From: Candidatus Latescibacterota bacterium
Lineage (GTDB): Bacteria; Latescibacterota; UBA2968; GCA-2709665
Direction of reading: 5' to 3'
Assembly: GCA_965208835.1 (NCBI GenBank)
Contig: OZ242358.1
Coordinates: 4,960,001 to 5,024,000, forward strand
DNA length: 64,000 nt
Shown here: positions 55,742 through 64,000 of the stretch, in pieces
Layout: every line of letters begins with the position of its first letter
Numbering within the stretch: position 1 is the stretch's first letter
Program-made: the position numbers and the translations under genes
Notes under the pieces: generated by a model
Database searches by the model: none
Seen by the model: the letters and a program-made list of their open reading frames with translations, nothing else
Told to the model about the DNA's origin: nothing

Positions 55742-57361
55742 TCAGGGCACGAAACGATAGACCACAGGCAACTGCGCCGGGTCTACGATGCCCGTGTCCG
55801 TGTGGTGGTAGATGTTCACACGCCCGGTGCCGCAGTCTCCGAACGCGTCACAGGTGAGTTCGCCGATGAGACCGGGAAAGCCGGCCGTGGCGCCCACCTC
55901 CGCGCGCAGTGCGACGCGGTCTATGTATAACGTTCCGCCATCGGCCACCGCAACCGAGTTGATGGCGCTCAGTAGCAGCGTTGTGGCGTCGTACGAGTGT
56001 GCCCAGAACGGATTGGGATGGGTACCGCCGAAGTTAGACTGGATTTCAGCGAGAACCGCGTCTCCGTTCTTGCCGGTTGCGATATTGACGTTTTCGCCGT
56101 GAACCGGCTCCGGTCCGGCAAAGTAAATACCCTCGGACTGCGGTGTGCCGAGGAACTCAGACAGGAGCAGGGCCGCGTCAGTGAGGAGCGTAGCTTCATT
56201 CAGACCATCGACCCTCTTGAGCTGCTCAACGAATGGCGAGCCTTCCTCAATGAAGAGCGGGAAGAAGATGCCGTCGGGTTCGGCGGCAACGAATTCCGAG
56301 AGGATATCGGTCATATCCGTCTCTTTCTTCTCAATTCTCGCCATAACCGGGACCTCGCCGCCGAGTGCGCTGAACGCGTTGCCGAATGCGCCGGTGAGGC
56401 CCATGGTGTAGGGGTCGCCATCGTCAATGGAAACCACCCGCCGAAGGCCCAGTTCGTTGTATGCGAAGTCCGCGATCGCCTGTGCCTGATAGAGATCGTT
56501 GTTGGCCGTTCGGAAATAGCCTGGATGATAATCTGAACCTGGGTTGCCCAAAAGGTCGGAGGTGAGTACAGGCGACGTGTTGGCCGGCGAAACCATCACC
56601 AGTCCGGCCGCGCTGAGCAGAGGCGAAGCCGCCACCGCGGAGCCGGAACACAATGTGCCGATGACGCCGATCACCTGCGGGTTGGCGATGATCTGCCCCG
56701 CACCGGCGCTTCCGCCATCCGCCGAACACATGCCGTCAATGGGCCCGCCGAGTTCAACCTCGTGGCCATGGATGGCGCCGAAGTCTCTGATGGCCAGTTC
56801 GGCGCTGTAACGCGCCCAATCCGAAACCGTCGGCACGACCACGTGCGCAAGCACCGTACGGATCTGAACCGGCTGGCCTTCGCCGATCGTCACCACGTCA
56901 CGGGCGGCCGTACCCGTCACGAGGGCGCTGCCGTCGACGGGCAGATCAACCTTCGTTTCATATCCGTCGTTGACCGGGATACTCGACCACGAGCCCAGAA
57001 CGTCGCCATCCTGCACGGCCCGCGCCCGGTAGTAGCCGCCAATTCCCGGTCCGCCGATTACGACCCGTGCCCGGCCGCGGGAATCGGTTGTGCCCGACCA
57101 CTCGAAGTGGGCCGCCCGGCCTGATACCGAACGCGCGAACTCAACGGTGACGCCGCTGACGGCCGCGTCGCCCTGCTGCACGCGGGCCAGCACCGCAGCC
57201 TGTTCATTGTTTCCACCGAACGCGTGCTTGCCGAGAGGCTGGACTGCCTGTCCCTCGGTTTCCGGCGCCTGCGACGTCGTTACGCGTTCACCGCCGCAGC
57301 TCCATGCCACACCCGCGGCAAGCGCCAACACAAGCACACTGAGACGACATCGGGACATCAC
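55742..57361 (-). CDS. Lipoprotein: beta-rich N-module plus LivJ-type domain (subtype B, B1)
   Basis: VAWSC, same N-module, IGTLCSG, SPANTSP and LTCDAFGDCG. Confidence 0.88.
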   Translation of the reverse strand: MMSRCRLSVLVLALAAGVAWSCGGERVTTSQAPETEGQAVQPLGKHAFGGNNEQAAVLARVQQGDAAVSGVTVEFARSVSGRAAHFEWSGTTDSRGRARVVIGGPGIGGYYRARAVQDGDVLGSWSSIPVNDGYETKVDLPVDGSALVTGTAARDVVTIGEGQPVQIRTVLAHVVVPTVSDWARYSAELAIRDFGAIHGHEVELGGPIDGMCSADGGSAGAGQIIANPQVIGVIGTLCSGSAVAASPLLSAAGLVMVSPANTSPVLTSDLLGNPGSDYHPGYFRTANNDLYQAQAIADFAYNELGLRRVVSIDDGDPYTMGLTGAFGNAFSALGGEVPVMARIEKKETDMTDILSEFVAAEPDGIFFPLFIEEGSPFVEQLKRVDGLNEATLLTDAALLLSEFLGTPQSEGIYFAGPEPVHGENVNIATGKNGDAVLAEIQSNFGGTHPNPFWAHSYDATTLLLSAINSVAVADGGTLYIDRVALRAEVGATAGFPGLIGELTCDAFGDCGTGRVNIYHHTDTGIVDPAQLPVVYRFVP

Positions 57362-57501
57362 AGGTATCCACCATTTTCGAAGAAGCAGGCCGATCCGGGT
57401 ATCGTCCCGGAGAAGCCGACGAACACTTCACGAACCTGCCCATGAATTCCGGGTAAGACAACCACCGGGCTCAGGAATTCAGAAAACTGCGAGGCGAGAA
57501 C

Positions 57502-59019
57502 TTACTCGAACAACTCGAATGCGCCGTCCCGAACAACAAGCACGATGGGATCGTAGACCGCGTCGCCGTCGGCGTTGAACGAAAATCGACCCAGAACGGT
57601 GTCTACATCACGAGTATCCGCCATTTCATCCCTGATAGCGCTTGCACTCGTCGATCCGGCGTCCGCAATTGCATCCGCGAGAATGTGCAGGGACGCGTAC
57701 GAGAGTGCGGCCCACGGACCCGGTTCATTACCGTATTTCGCATTGTAACCGTCGACAAAGGTCTGATTTCCGGGCGTGGAAGCGTTGGTTGCCCAACTCG
57801 TAATGCTGACAACGCGTTCCGCGGCGTCTCCGGCGGCAACCACTTCATCCATCGTCATTTCGGGGATGATTATGGGGACACTCGAGGGAATCCCTATTTC
57901 GCGGGCCTGCTTCATAATGGGGATCATTTCCGCCGCCAGGCACGAAACAAAGAGGGCGTGCGGACTTAAATCCTTGATGGCGTTCAACTGGTCCGTGAAC
58001 GAGGTGTCTCCCGTTTCAAACGTCTCACGGGTCAGAATCTCGACGTCTCCCTCCGCCAGGGCATTGCTGATTGCCTCATCCAGGCTCTTGGAATAGACGT
58101 CGGCGTCGTCCACCATTGTGGCGACCCTGCTAAACCTCAGTTTCTCCTGCAGATTCTTGACGGCGCCCGGGACCAGCGTACCCACGTTGAGACCGGCGCG
58201 GAAGATATAATCGCCAATCGCGCTCAGGCCGACCGCGGTCGAGATCGAACTGAACGCCAGGACCTCGTTTTGTTGGGCGATCGGGAACACTTCTTTTGCC
58301 ACGGTGGAAATTGCCGGACCCAGAATAACGTCTACGCCGTCCTCTTTGATGAGTTTGTTGAACGCGGCCGCGGCGGCGTCGATTGCGCCCTCTGAATCCT
58401 CGACGATGAACTCGATGCGAGCGCCACCGAGTCTGGATGAATTGTTGATCTCCTCCAGAGCGAACTCGAATCCTTCCATTGCAGGGTCGCCGTATTGGGT
58501 CTGCGGACCGGTCAGCGGCATGGCGACGCCGATGGCGATCTTTGCAGGCAGACCGCCTGGCGTCAGAGCGATGGAACCGGTAGCGCTTGCTTTTTCGCCT
58601 ATCCGCAGTTCAACCGACGACTGATATCCACTGTTGACCGGTATGCTGGACCACGAACCGATCTCGCTCCCGTCACGCATCGCCCGCGCCCGGTAGTAGC
58701 CGGTCACCCCGGCGCCGCCGATATCCACGTGGGCCTGGCCGCGTGCGTTGGTCGATCCCGACCAGTCGAAACTGGCCGATTGACCTGAAATCGAACGCGC
58801 GAGTTCGACTGTGACGCCACTCACACGTGTCTCGCCGTCTCGAACACACGCCACCACAACCGCACGCATCATGCCATTGAGGGCCAGCTTGCCGGCGGGT
58901 TGACCGAACTGTTCTCCGGACTCCGGTACGTGCGACGTTGTCAGGCGTTCACGACCGCAACCCCACGTCAGACTCACTGCCACTGCGAATACAAACAAAC
59001 TGCGCATACCGCTAAACAT
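57502..59019 (-). CDS. Lipoprotein: beta-rich N-module plus LivJ-type domain (subtype A, A1)
   Basis: LTWGC, same N-module, IGVAMPLTGPQ and DYIFRAGLNV. Confidence 0.88.
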   Translation of the reverse strand: MFSGMRSLFVFAVAVSLTWGCGRERLTTSHVPESGEQFGQPAGKLALNGMMRAVVVACVRDGETRVSGVTVELARSISGQSASFDWSGSTNARGQAHVDIGGAGVTGYYRARAMRDGSEIGSWSSIPVNSGYQSSVELRIGEKASATGSIALTPGGLPAKIAIGVAMPLTGPQTQYGDPAMEGFEFALEEINNSSRLGGARIEFIVEDSEGAIDAAAAAFNKLIKEDGVDVILGPAISTVAKEVFPIAQQNEVLAFSSISTAVGLSAIGDYIFRAGLNVGTLVPGAVKNLQEKLRFSRVATMVDDADVYSKSLDEAISNALAEGDVEILTRETFETGDTSFTDQLNAIKDLSPHALFVSCLAAEMIPIMKQAREIGIPSSVPIIIPEMTMDEVVAAGDAAERVVSITSWATNASTPGNQTFVDGYNAKYGNEPGPWAALSYASLHILADAIADAGSTSASAIRDEMADTRDVDTVLGRFSFNADGDAVYDPIVLVVRDGAFELFE

Positions 59020-59407
59020 GACGATCCCTCCCAATGCTGCGGGTTACCAGCGAAAAGAGCCCGAACGCCACAAGCAGTGTCCTCAAATAACGCCCACTGA
59101 GACTGGCCCCCGACTCCTTCACCATTCTGATTGAAGAAGCGAATGAACCGGACGACGAACGTACTTGCTTCAGCATTCGAACGGGTTGTAAGATTTAACC
59201 GTAATATTGAATATAAGTGCAATTTCCATGTTCACAAGGGCATGTCTGGATTTCTCAAAAAAAACCCGAATCATTTTGCCGGAATTCGAGCGGTCAACGT
59301 TTGAACAGTTACAATGCATCGTCAATCGGTCACGCCTCGAACGCCCTTCCTGTCAGGTATTTCCTTCCCTGCTTCTCGGCAGGCGCCCGGAAACCGCGGA
59401 CGGTCGG

Positions 59408-61033
59408 CTATATGCCGAGAATCCCTCTCGCCGCCTGTCGCGCCTCGTCCATCGTGTCGACAATGCGATGCCTCGGTACATGCTTGAGGATACCGAGCGC
59501 GTTCAGGGTCCTCGGAACCAGGCCGGACAGTCCCATCACAATGCACTCGGTTTTCTCGCTCCTGGCGATGTCCATGAGCTGCCCGATGACCCTGGCTGCG
59601 CTGTCGTCCAGATACGTGGCCCCGGAGAAGTCGAGGATAACCACCTCGTGGTCTTTGATATTCGCGCCGATCACGCTTGCCAGCTTGCGGGAGGATGCGA
59701 CGGTGAGGCTTCCCCCGAGTTCAACCTGTCCCACACGAGCTGAGTCCGGTCTGAAGGCGGCCACGTCAATGTCCTCCTCCCCGGAAAAGAACGTCCGGTC
59801 CAGCAGGGGCACGGAGACCACGCTGTCCAGCGCCAGGCGCTCCAGTTGCCGCGCGTGTACCATGCCCGCAACGATAAGGCCGATCGCTACGGCGGTCACC
59901 AGGTCGAAAAAGACCGTGAGGCCCAGAGTAATCAGCATCACCAGAAGCTGTTCGCGGCGCATGCGGTGGACCCGCGCGAGAAGACGCCAGTCTACGATAT
60001 CCCATCCGACTTTCATCAGGATTCCGGCGAGAACCGCATGCGGAATCGGCACCACGTACCGGCCGAGGCCGAGCAGGAGACCGAGCATCAGTATCGCATA
60101 CAGTGCGCCCGATACGGGCGTTTCCCCTCCGGCGCGTATATTGGTTACGGTTCCCGTTGTCGACCCCGCGCCAGGGAGACCGCCGAACAGTCCCGAGACC
60201 ATATTGCCGACGCCCTGCCCCATCAGTTCCCGGCTCGGATTGTGCCTCGTACCCTTGAACGAGTCGGCAACCAGAGAGGTCTGGAGGCTGTCCACCGAAC
60301 CCAGCAGGGCGAGAATGAGCGCGGGCACCAACGCATGCACCAGAAAGCTGACGGGGGGCACCGTAAGTCGCAGTTCCGGCAATCCGTTCGGTATCCGGCC
60401 GATGACCGGCACGTCCGTCAGCCAGAGCACGCCGAGCGTCGTCCCCGCGACCAGCGCCAGCAGTGGGCCGGGGAGGTATCTGGCCAGCCTTCGGGGCCAG
60501 ACCGTGCACACAACGAGTGCGACGACAGCGATGGCCACCGCGTTGTAGTTCACGTTCTCAACCGCGTCAAACACCGCGCGGGTCGTGCCGATTACACCGC
60601 CCGGCGCCAGGGCAGAGCCGAGGAACGGAAGGATGTGAATCACCATGATGATGATGCCGATACCGGACATGAATCCCGAGATCACCACGCGCGGCGTATA
60701 GGCCACGAATCGGCCGATCCTCGAAAGGCCCAGCAACACCTGCAGCAACCCGGCCATAACCACCACGGTCAGCGCTTCAGCGAGGTTGGACGTATAGATT
60801 GAGACAATGACCACGAAAGCGACGGTCATCGGCGCCGTAGGCCCCGAAATCCGTGGCCGCGTACCGCCGAATACCGCCGCGAAGAAGCCGACCGCGATCG
60901 CGCCGTACATGCCGGCCGCCGCGCCCATGCCTGACGCGACCCCCAGCGCCAACGCGACAGGCAGCGCCGCGAAGGTTGCCGTGACACCGCCTGAAATGTC
61001 CCCCCGGAGCGTTTGGTGATCGATTTTCGTCAT
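59408..61033 (-). CDS. SulP/SLC26 inorganic anion transporter with C-terminal STAS domain (BicA-like)
   Basis: GDISGG...ALPVALALG, ISGPTAPM, GFMSGIG, NPSRELMGQG and STAS VILDFSGATYLDDSA. Confidence 0.92.
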   Translation of the reverse strand: MTKIDHQTLRGDISGGVTATFAALPVALALGVASGMGAAAGMYGAIAVGFFAAVFGGTRPRISGPTAPMTVAFVVIVSIYTSNLAEALTVVVMAGLLQVLLGLSRIGRFVAYTPRVVISGFMSGIGIIIMVIHILPFLGSALAPGGVIGTTRAVFDAVENVNYNAVAIAVVALVVCTVWPRRLARYLPGPLLALVAGTTLGVLWLTDVPVIGRIPNGLPELRLTVPPVSFLVHALVPALILALLGSVDSLQTSLVADSFKGTRHNPSRELMGQGVGNMVSGLFGGLPGAGSTTGTVTNIRAGGETPVSGALYAILMLGLLLGLGRYVVPIPHAVLAGILMKVGWDIVDWRLLARVHRMRREQLLVMLITLGLTVFFDLVTAVAIGLIVAGMVHARQLERLALDSVVSVPLLDRTFFSGEEDIDVAAFRPDSARVGQVELGGSLTVASSRKLASVIGANIKDHEVVILDFSGATYLDDSAARVIGQLMDIARSEKTECIVMGLSGLVPRTLNALGILKHVPRHRIVDTMDEARQAARGILGI

Positions 61034-61138
61034 ATAATATCCCTGGCGAGGCTTCTTGATGTTCAGCCGGACCAGATGGGTGGCAGGGAACGCGCGCGCC
61101 AATTCGATGGACCGATCACTGCAAACCAGGCGACAGGC

Positions 61139-61166
61139 TTGACATTACCCGCACATACCTTATCAT
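61139..61166 (+). promoter_or_regulatory. Candidate sigma70 promoter for the GPP34-like gene
   Basis: TTGACA-N16-TATCAT. Confidence 0.45.
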
Positions 61167-61207
61167 TTATATGAAACATCTACTTCCAATCAGGAAAGGA
61201 ATGGACG

Positions 61208-61864
61208 ATGCTGAGATTCCCCGAAGAACTCATGCTTCTCATACTCGACGACGAGAACGGGAGATTCGCACGCGTGCCGGATCAGTCCCTGCGCTATGCG
61301 CTGGCGGGCGGGGTGCTGATGGACCTGGCGATGGAGAACCGCATTGACACCGATCCGGACCGGCTGGTCCTGGTGGATTCGACCCCGGTTCAGGACAGCC
61401 TTCTCGATCCCACGCTTGCCGACATTTCGCAGGCTGACGAAACCCACGATGCGCGCTTCTGGGTGGAACGCACCGCCATTCGCAGCGCCGCCGGCATTCG
61501 GGAAGCGTCTCTTGACCGGCTGGTTGAAAAGGGCATCCTCGAACGCCGGGACGACCGGTTTCTGTGGGTCTTCCGGTCACGGCGTTACCCCGCCGTGGAC
61601 GACCAGGCCGAGCGGGAAGTCAAGCTCAGGATAATGGAGATCCTGTTCAGCGACGAGATCCCCGACCCTCGCGACGTGGTGATCATCAGCCTTGCGCACG
61701 CCTGCAATCTCTTCAGCCAGATTCTGTCTGCCAGAGAACTGGCGCGCGTGGCCCCCCGCATCAACCAGGTGAGAAAACTCGATCTGATCGGACAGGCGAC
61801 GTTTCGGGCGATCACGGAAATCGAACTCTCGCTCGCCCTCGCGGTTCAGATGCGTCCGTATTAA
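61208..61864 (+). CDS. GOLPH3/Vps74 (GPP34) family protein
   Basis: EELMLLILDDENG, LAGGVLMDLAMENRI, LVEKGILERR..RFLWVFRSRRYP and PDPRDVVIISL. Confidence 0.8.
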   Translation: MLRFPEELMLLILDDENGRFARVPDQSLRYALAGGVLMDLAMENRIDTDPDRLVLVDSTPVQDSLLDPTLADISQADETHDARFWVERTAIRSAAGIREASLDRLVEKGILERRDDRFLWVFRSRRYPAVDDQAEREVKLRIMEILFSDEIPDPRDVVIISLAHACNLFSQILSARELARVAPRINQVRKLDLIGQATFRAITEIELSLALAVQMRPY

Positions 61865-61876
61865 TGTCCTGCCCGA

Positions 61877-63619
61877 TTACGACGCGCCGTCCACCCGGAC
61901 GGTAACGATGTCCAGATCGTGATATTTCTGGTGGCGCACCGACGACGCGTAATGGCGTAACAGCCGGAACGATATTTCGTGCTCGTCCATGATCTCGGGC
62001 TGTTCACTCAGATACGCCAGCCTGTCTTCCAGATTATCTCCCGCCGCAGCCGCCAGAAACTCCAGTTCCGCTGACTCTTCCACCTTCCTGGCGGTGATGA
62101 CGAGCAGCCGCCCGCCCTCAGGCGCAGGCTCACCGGCCTGTTCTATCAGAATCGAGAGGGTCTCTTCGCCCGCGGCGCACAACCTGCCTGTTGCCGGCTC
62201 GGACCACCCGATACCTGCCGCGAACCCGCGGATGAACTTGTCGATCCCGGGAAGCGAGGCGGTGGACAATTCGACTTGGAGGCGTTTCCGGCGTCGGGCC
62301 GTCAATTCCATGAAAGCCGTCAGCAGAATTGCCGCGAGGCCGCCCGCGGTCATCCCGTTTCCGAGCAGCGTACCCCACGTCCTGCCCAGCATGTCAGGAA
62401 AGATCACCTGATTCTGAAAGCCCACGCCCAGCCAGAACGCCAGCCCGACCACCGTGGCCTTCCGGTGATCGACGCCGTCCTCCACAATCAGCTTCATGCC
62501 CTGTACGAATAACAGGCCTATCAGCAGCGTGACATAGGCGGATGCGACCGGATTGGGAATGGCGATCACGAGGGCGGTTACCTTTGGGGACAGGGCCAGC
62601 AGGACGAATATGATCCCGATGTATATCCCGACGCGGCGCGCCGCAACCCCGGTGAGTTCGGCAAGCGAAATGCTGGTGGAATAGGTGGTATTGGGCGGCG
62701 TCCCGAAGAGACCGGAGAGCAGATTGCCCATCCCGTCGGCGTTGAGGGCGCCCTGTACCAGGCGGAAGTCGGTTGCGCGGGGCCGGCGTCGGGAGACCCG
62801 TTGAATGGCAACGCCGTCGCCAACCGTCTCGATCGCGCCGACGACCGTGACCACCACAAATGCCGGAAGCAGCGCCCAGAACTCCGCGCTCAACGAGAGA
62901 TCCAGCCCCGGCCATGCGTAATTCGGAAAACCGATCCATGGCGCGTCGAAGACCGGACGCACATCGTACAGGCCGAACGGGGCGGCAACCGCGCATCCAA
63001 CGGCGATTCCGATCAGCGGCGCCCACAGCCGCAGGGATGCGGGGGCCCGCACCGCCAGCACGACGAGGGTAACGAATGCCGCACCCGCCGCGGCCGGCGG
63101 CCCTGCCGCGGGCGTCCCCTCGGGCACGTCCGTCAACAGGCCGAAAACCACGGGCATCACCGTGACAGCGATCAGCATGATCACGGTTCCGGCGACAACC
63201 GGTGTAATGATCCGGCGCAGGAGTGAAAGACGTGAGGCCAGGGCGAACTGAAACAACGAGGACACCACGATCAGACTCGCCATTAACGCGGGCCCGCCCT
63301 TCACCAGCGCCGTAATGCACACCGCGATGAAGGCGCCTGACGTGCCCATGATGAGTACGTGGCCCGCCCCGATCCGCCCCACTCTAACGGCCTGCAGGAC
63401 CGTACTCACGCCGCTGACCACCAGCGCCGCGAAGGCGATCCAGTTCAGATAGCTGTCAGGTTGACTGGCCGCCCGGCCAATAATCACGGCGCTGAGTACC
63501 ACGGGCGCCAGGACCACAACCGCGGCCTGAAAGCCGACGGCGGCGGCGACGGTGTGCGGGGGCCGTTCGTCCGGTTCGTACCGGATGGTTTCGTTTGCAC
63601 GGGTTTCTTCCGAAGGCAT
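61877..63619 (-). CDS. NCS2 (xanthine/uracil) permease fused to a C-terminal RsbW-like HATPase-fold domain
   Basis: GVSTVLQ, MGTSGAF, ETVGD, GALNADG and PNTTYSTS, followed by a ~130 aa soluble tail. Confidence 0.85.
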   Translation of the reverse strand: MPSEETRANETIRYEPDERPPHTVAAAVGFQAAVVVLAPVVLSAVIIGRAASQPDSYLNWIAFAALVVSGVSTVLQAVRVGRIGAGHVLIMGTSGAFIAVCITALVKGGPALMASLIVVSSLFQFALASRLSLLRRIITPVVAGTVIMLIAVTVMPVVFGLLTDVPEGTPAAGPPAAAGAAFVTLVVLAVRAPASLRLWAPLIGIAVGCAVAAPFGLYDVRPVFDAPWIGFPNYAWPGLDLSLSAEFWALLPAFVVVTVVGAIETVGDGVAIQRVSRRRPRATDFRLVQGALNADGMGNLLSGLFGTPPNTTYSTSISLAELTGVAARRVGIYIGIIFVLLALSPKVTALVIAIPNPVASAYVTLLIGLLFVQGMKLIVEDGVDHRKATVVGLAFWLGVGFQNQVIFPDMLGRTWGTLLGNGMTAGGLAAILLTAFMELTARRRKRLQVELSTASLPGIDKFIRGFAAGIGWSEPATGRLCAAGEETLSILIEQAGEPAPEGGRLLVITARKVEESAELEFLAAAAGDNLEDRLAYLSEQPEIMDEHEISFRLLRHYASSVRHQKYHDLDIVTVRVDGAS

Positions 63620-63653
63620 TCATCTCTCCCGATCGGTTAGCACGGTACTCCGT

Positions 63654-64000
63654 TTACATTCGCCAGACCACCAGCATCTGCGCGGTCATTTCGTCTTCAT
63701 CGGTTCCGAGCTTGTTGCGCCAATATTGGAACTCTACGCCGACCATGAACTGGCTGGCTTCGCCCGCCATCGCTTTTCCCACGTCCCACACCAGTTGCGG
63801 CTGCGCAAGGACAGACCCGTTTACGTCATCTCCGAACTCGTTGGTACGACCGCCTATGTATTCGGCGTGCCCCGTGAACGTGAACGACTGCTCGCCGGCT
63901 TCGATGGGCAGCAGCCAGCTGACGTCGAACATGAAGCTGTTACCCGTCTTCGGCGCCCCGCCGCCGTCCACGCCGGTGTTGTCGTCAATATAGGCCGTCA
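63654..64000 (-). CDS. Tsx-like nucleoside-specific outer-membrane channel (5' truncated)
   Basis: Amphipathic beta-strands FTFTGHAEYI, QPQLVWDVG and GVEFQYWRNKLG. Lies upstream of the NCS2 permease. Confidence 0.7.
   Translation of the reverse strand, partial: TAYIDDNTGVDGGGAPKTGNSFMFDVSWLLPIEAGEQSFTFTGHAEYIGGRTNEFGDDVNGSVLAQPQLVWDVGKAMAGEASQFMVGVEFQYWRNKLGTDEDEMTAQMLVVWRM

Noticed and set aside
48868-59019. Diversity-generating retroelement acting on the lipoprotein array
   Set aside because: There is no reverse transcriptase or non-coding template repeat. The near-identical tracts are both inside genes.
59217-60548. 443 aa + strand ORF
   Set aside because: It is an antisense shadow of the SulP transporter.

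Overview
GC-rich bacterial chromosomal window. The gene mix (PhyH, Gfo/Idh/MocA, enolase-superfamily, sialidase-like, heparinase-like, LPS heptose and Tsx-like genes) suggests a diderm heterotroph, possibly Latescibacterota/Poribacteria-like; this is inference only. Layout: (1) 1-24.3 kb: end of hisB, then a surface-glycan locus (rfaE2, GT4, NDP-sugar dehydrogenase, SDR, sugar C-methyltransferase, GT2, YfhO-like GT-C, Wzx, TylF O-methyltransferase, SAM methyltransferase, GT4, membrane-TPR protein) interrupted by phyH and an addB-addA pair. (2) A sigma54-type promoter driving Hsp20. (3) 25.7-45.4 kb: catabolic genes, two type II toxin-antitoxin modules and an orphan RamAB/AmfBA-like ABC exporter pair, punctuated by copies of a 130-225 bp heptamer-armed hairpin repeat (nine copies in the window, all with the same polarity). 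(4) 47.3-59 kb: a PLP decarboxylase downstream of six tandem lipoproteins, each fusing a shared ~100 aa beta-rich module to a LivJ-type binding domain, with no ABC permease or ATPase nearby. (5) SulP-STAS, a GOLPH3/GPP34-like gene, an NCS2 permease fused to a degenerate RsbW-like domain, and a partial Tsx-like porin. No rRNA, tRNA, CRISPR, transposase or integrase was recognised. All family calls come from motif recognition by eye, not database searches.
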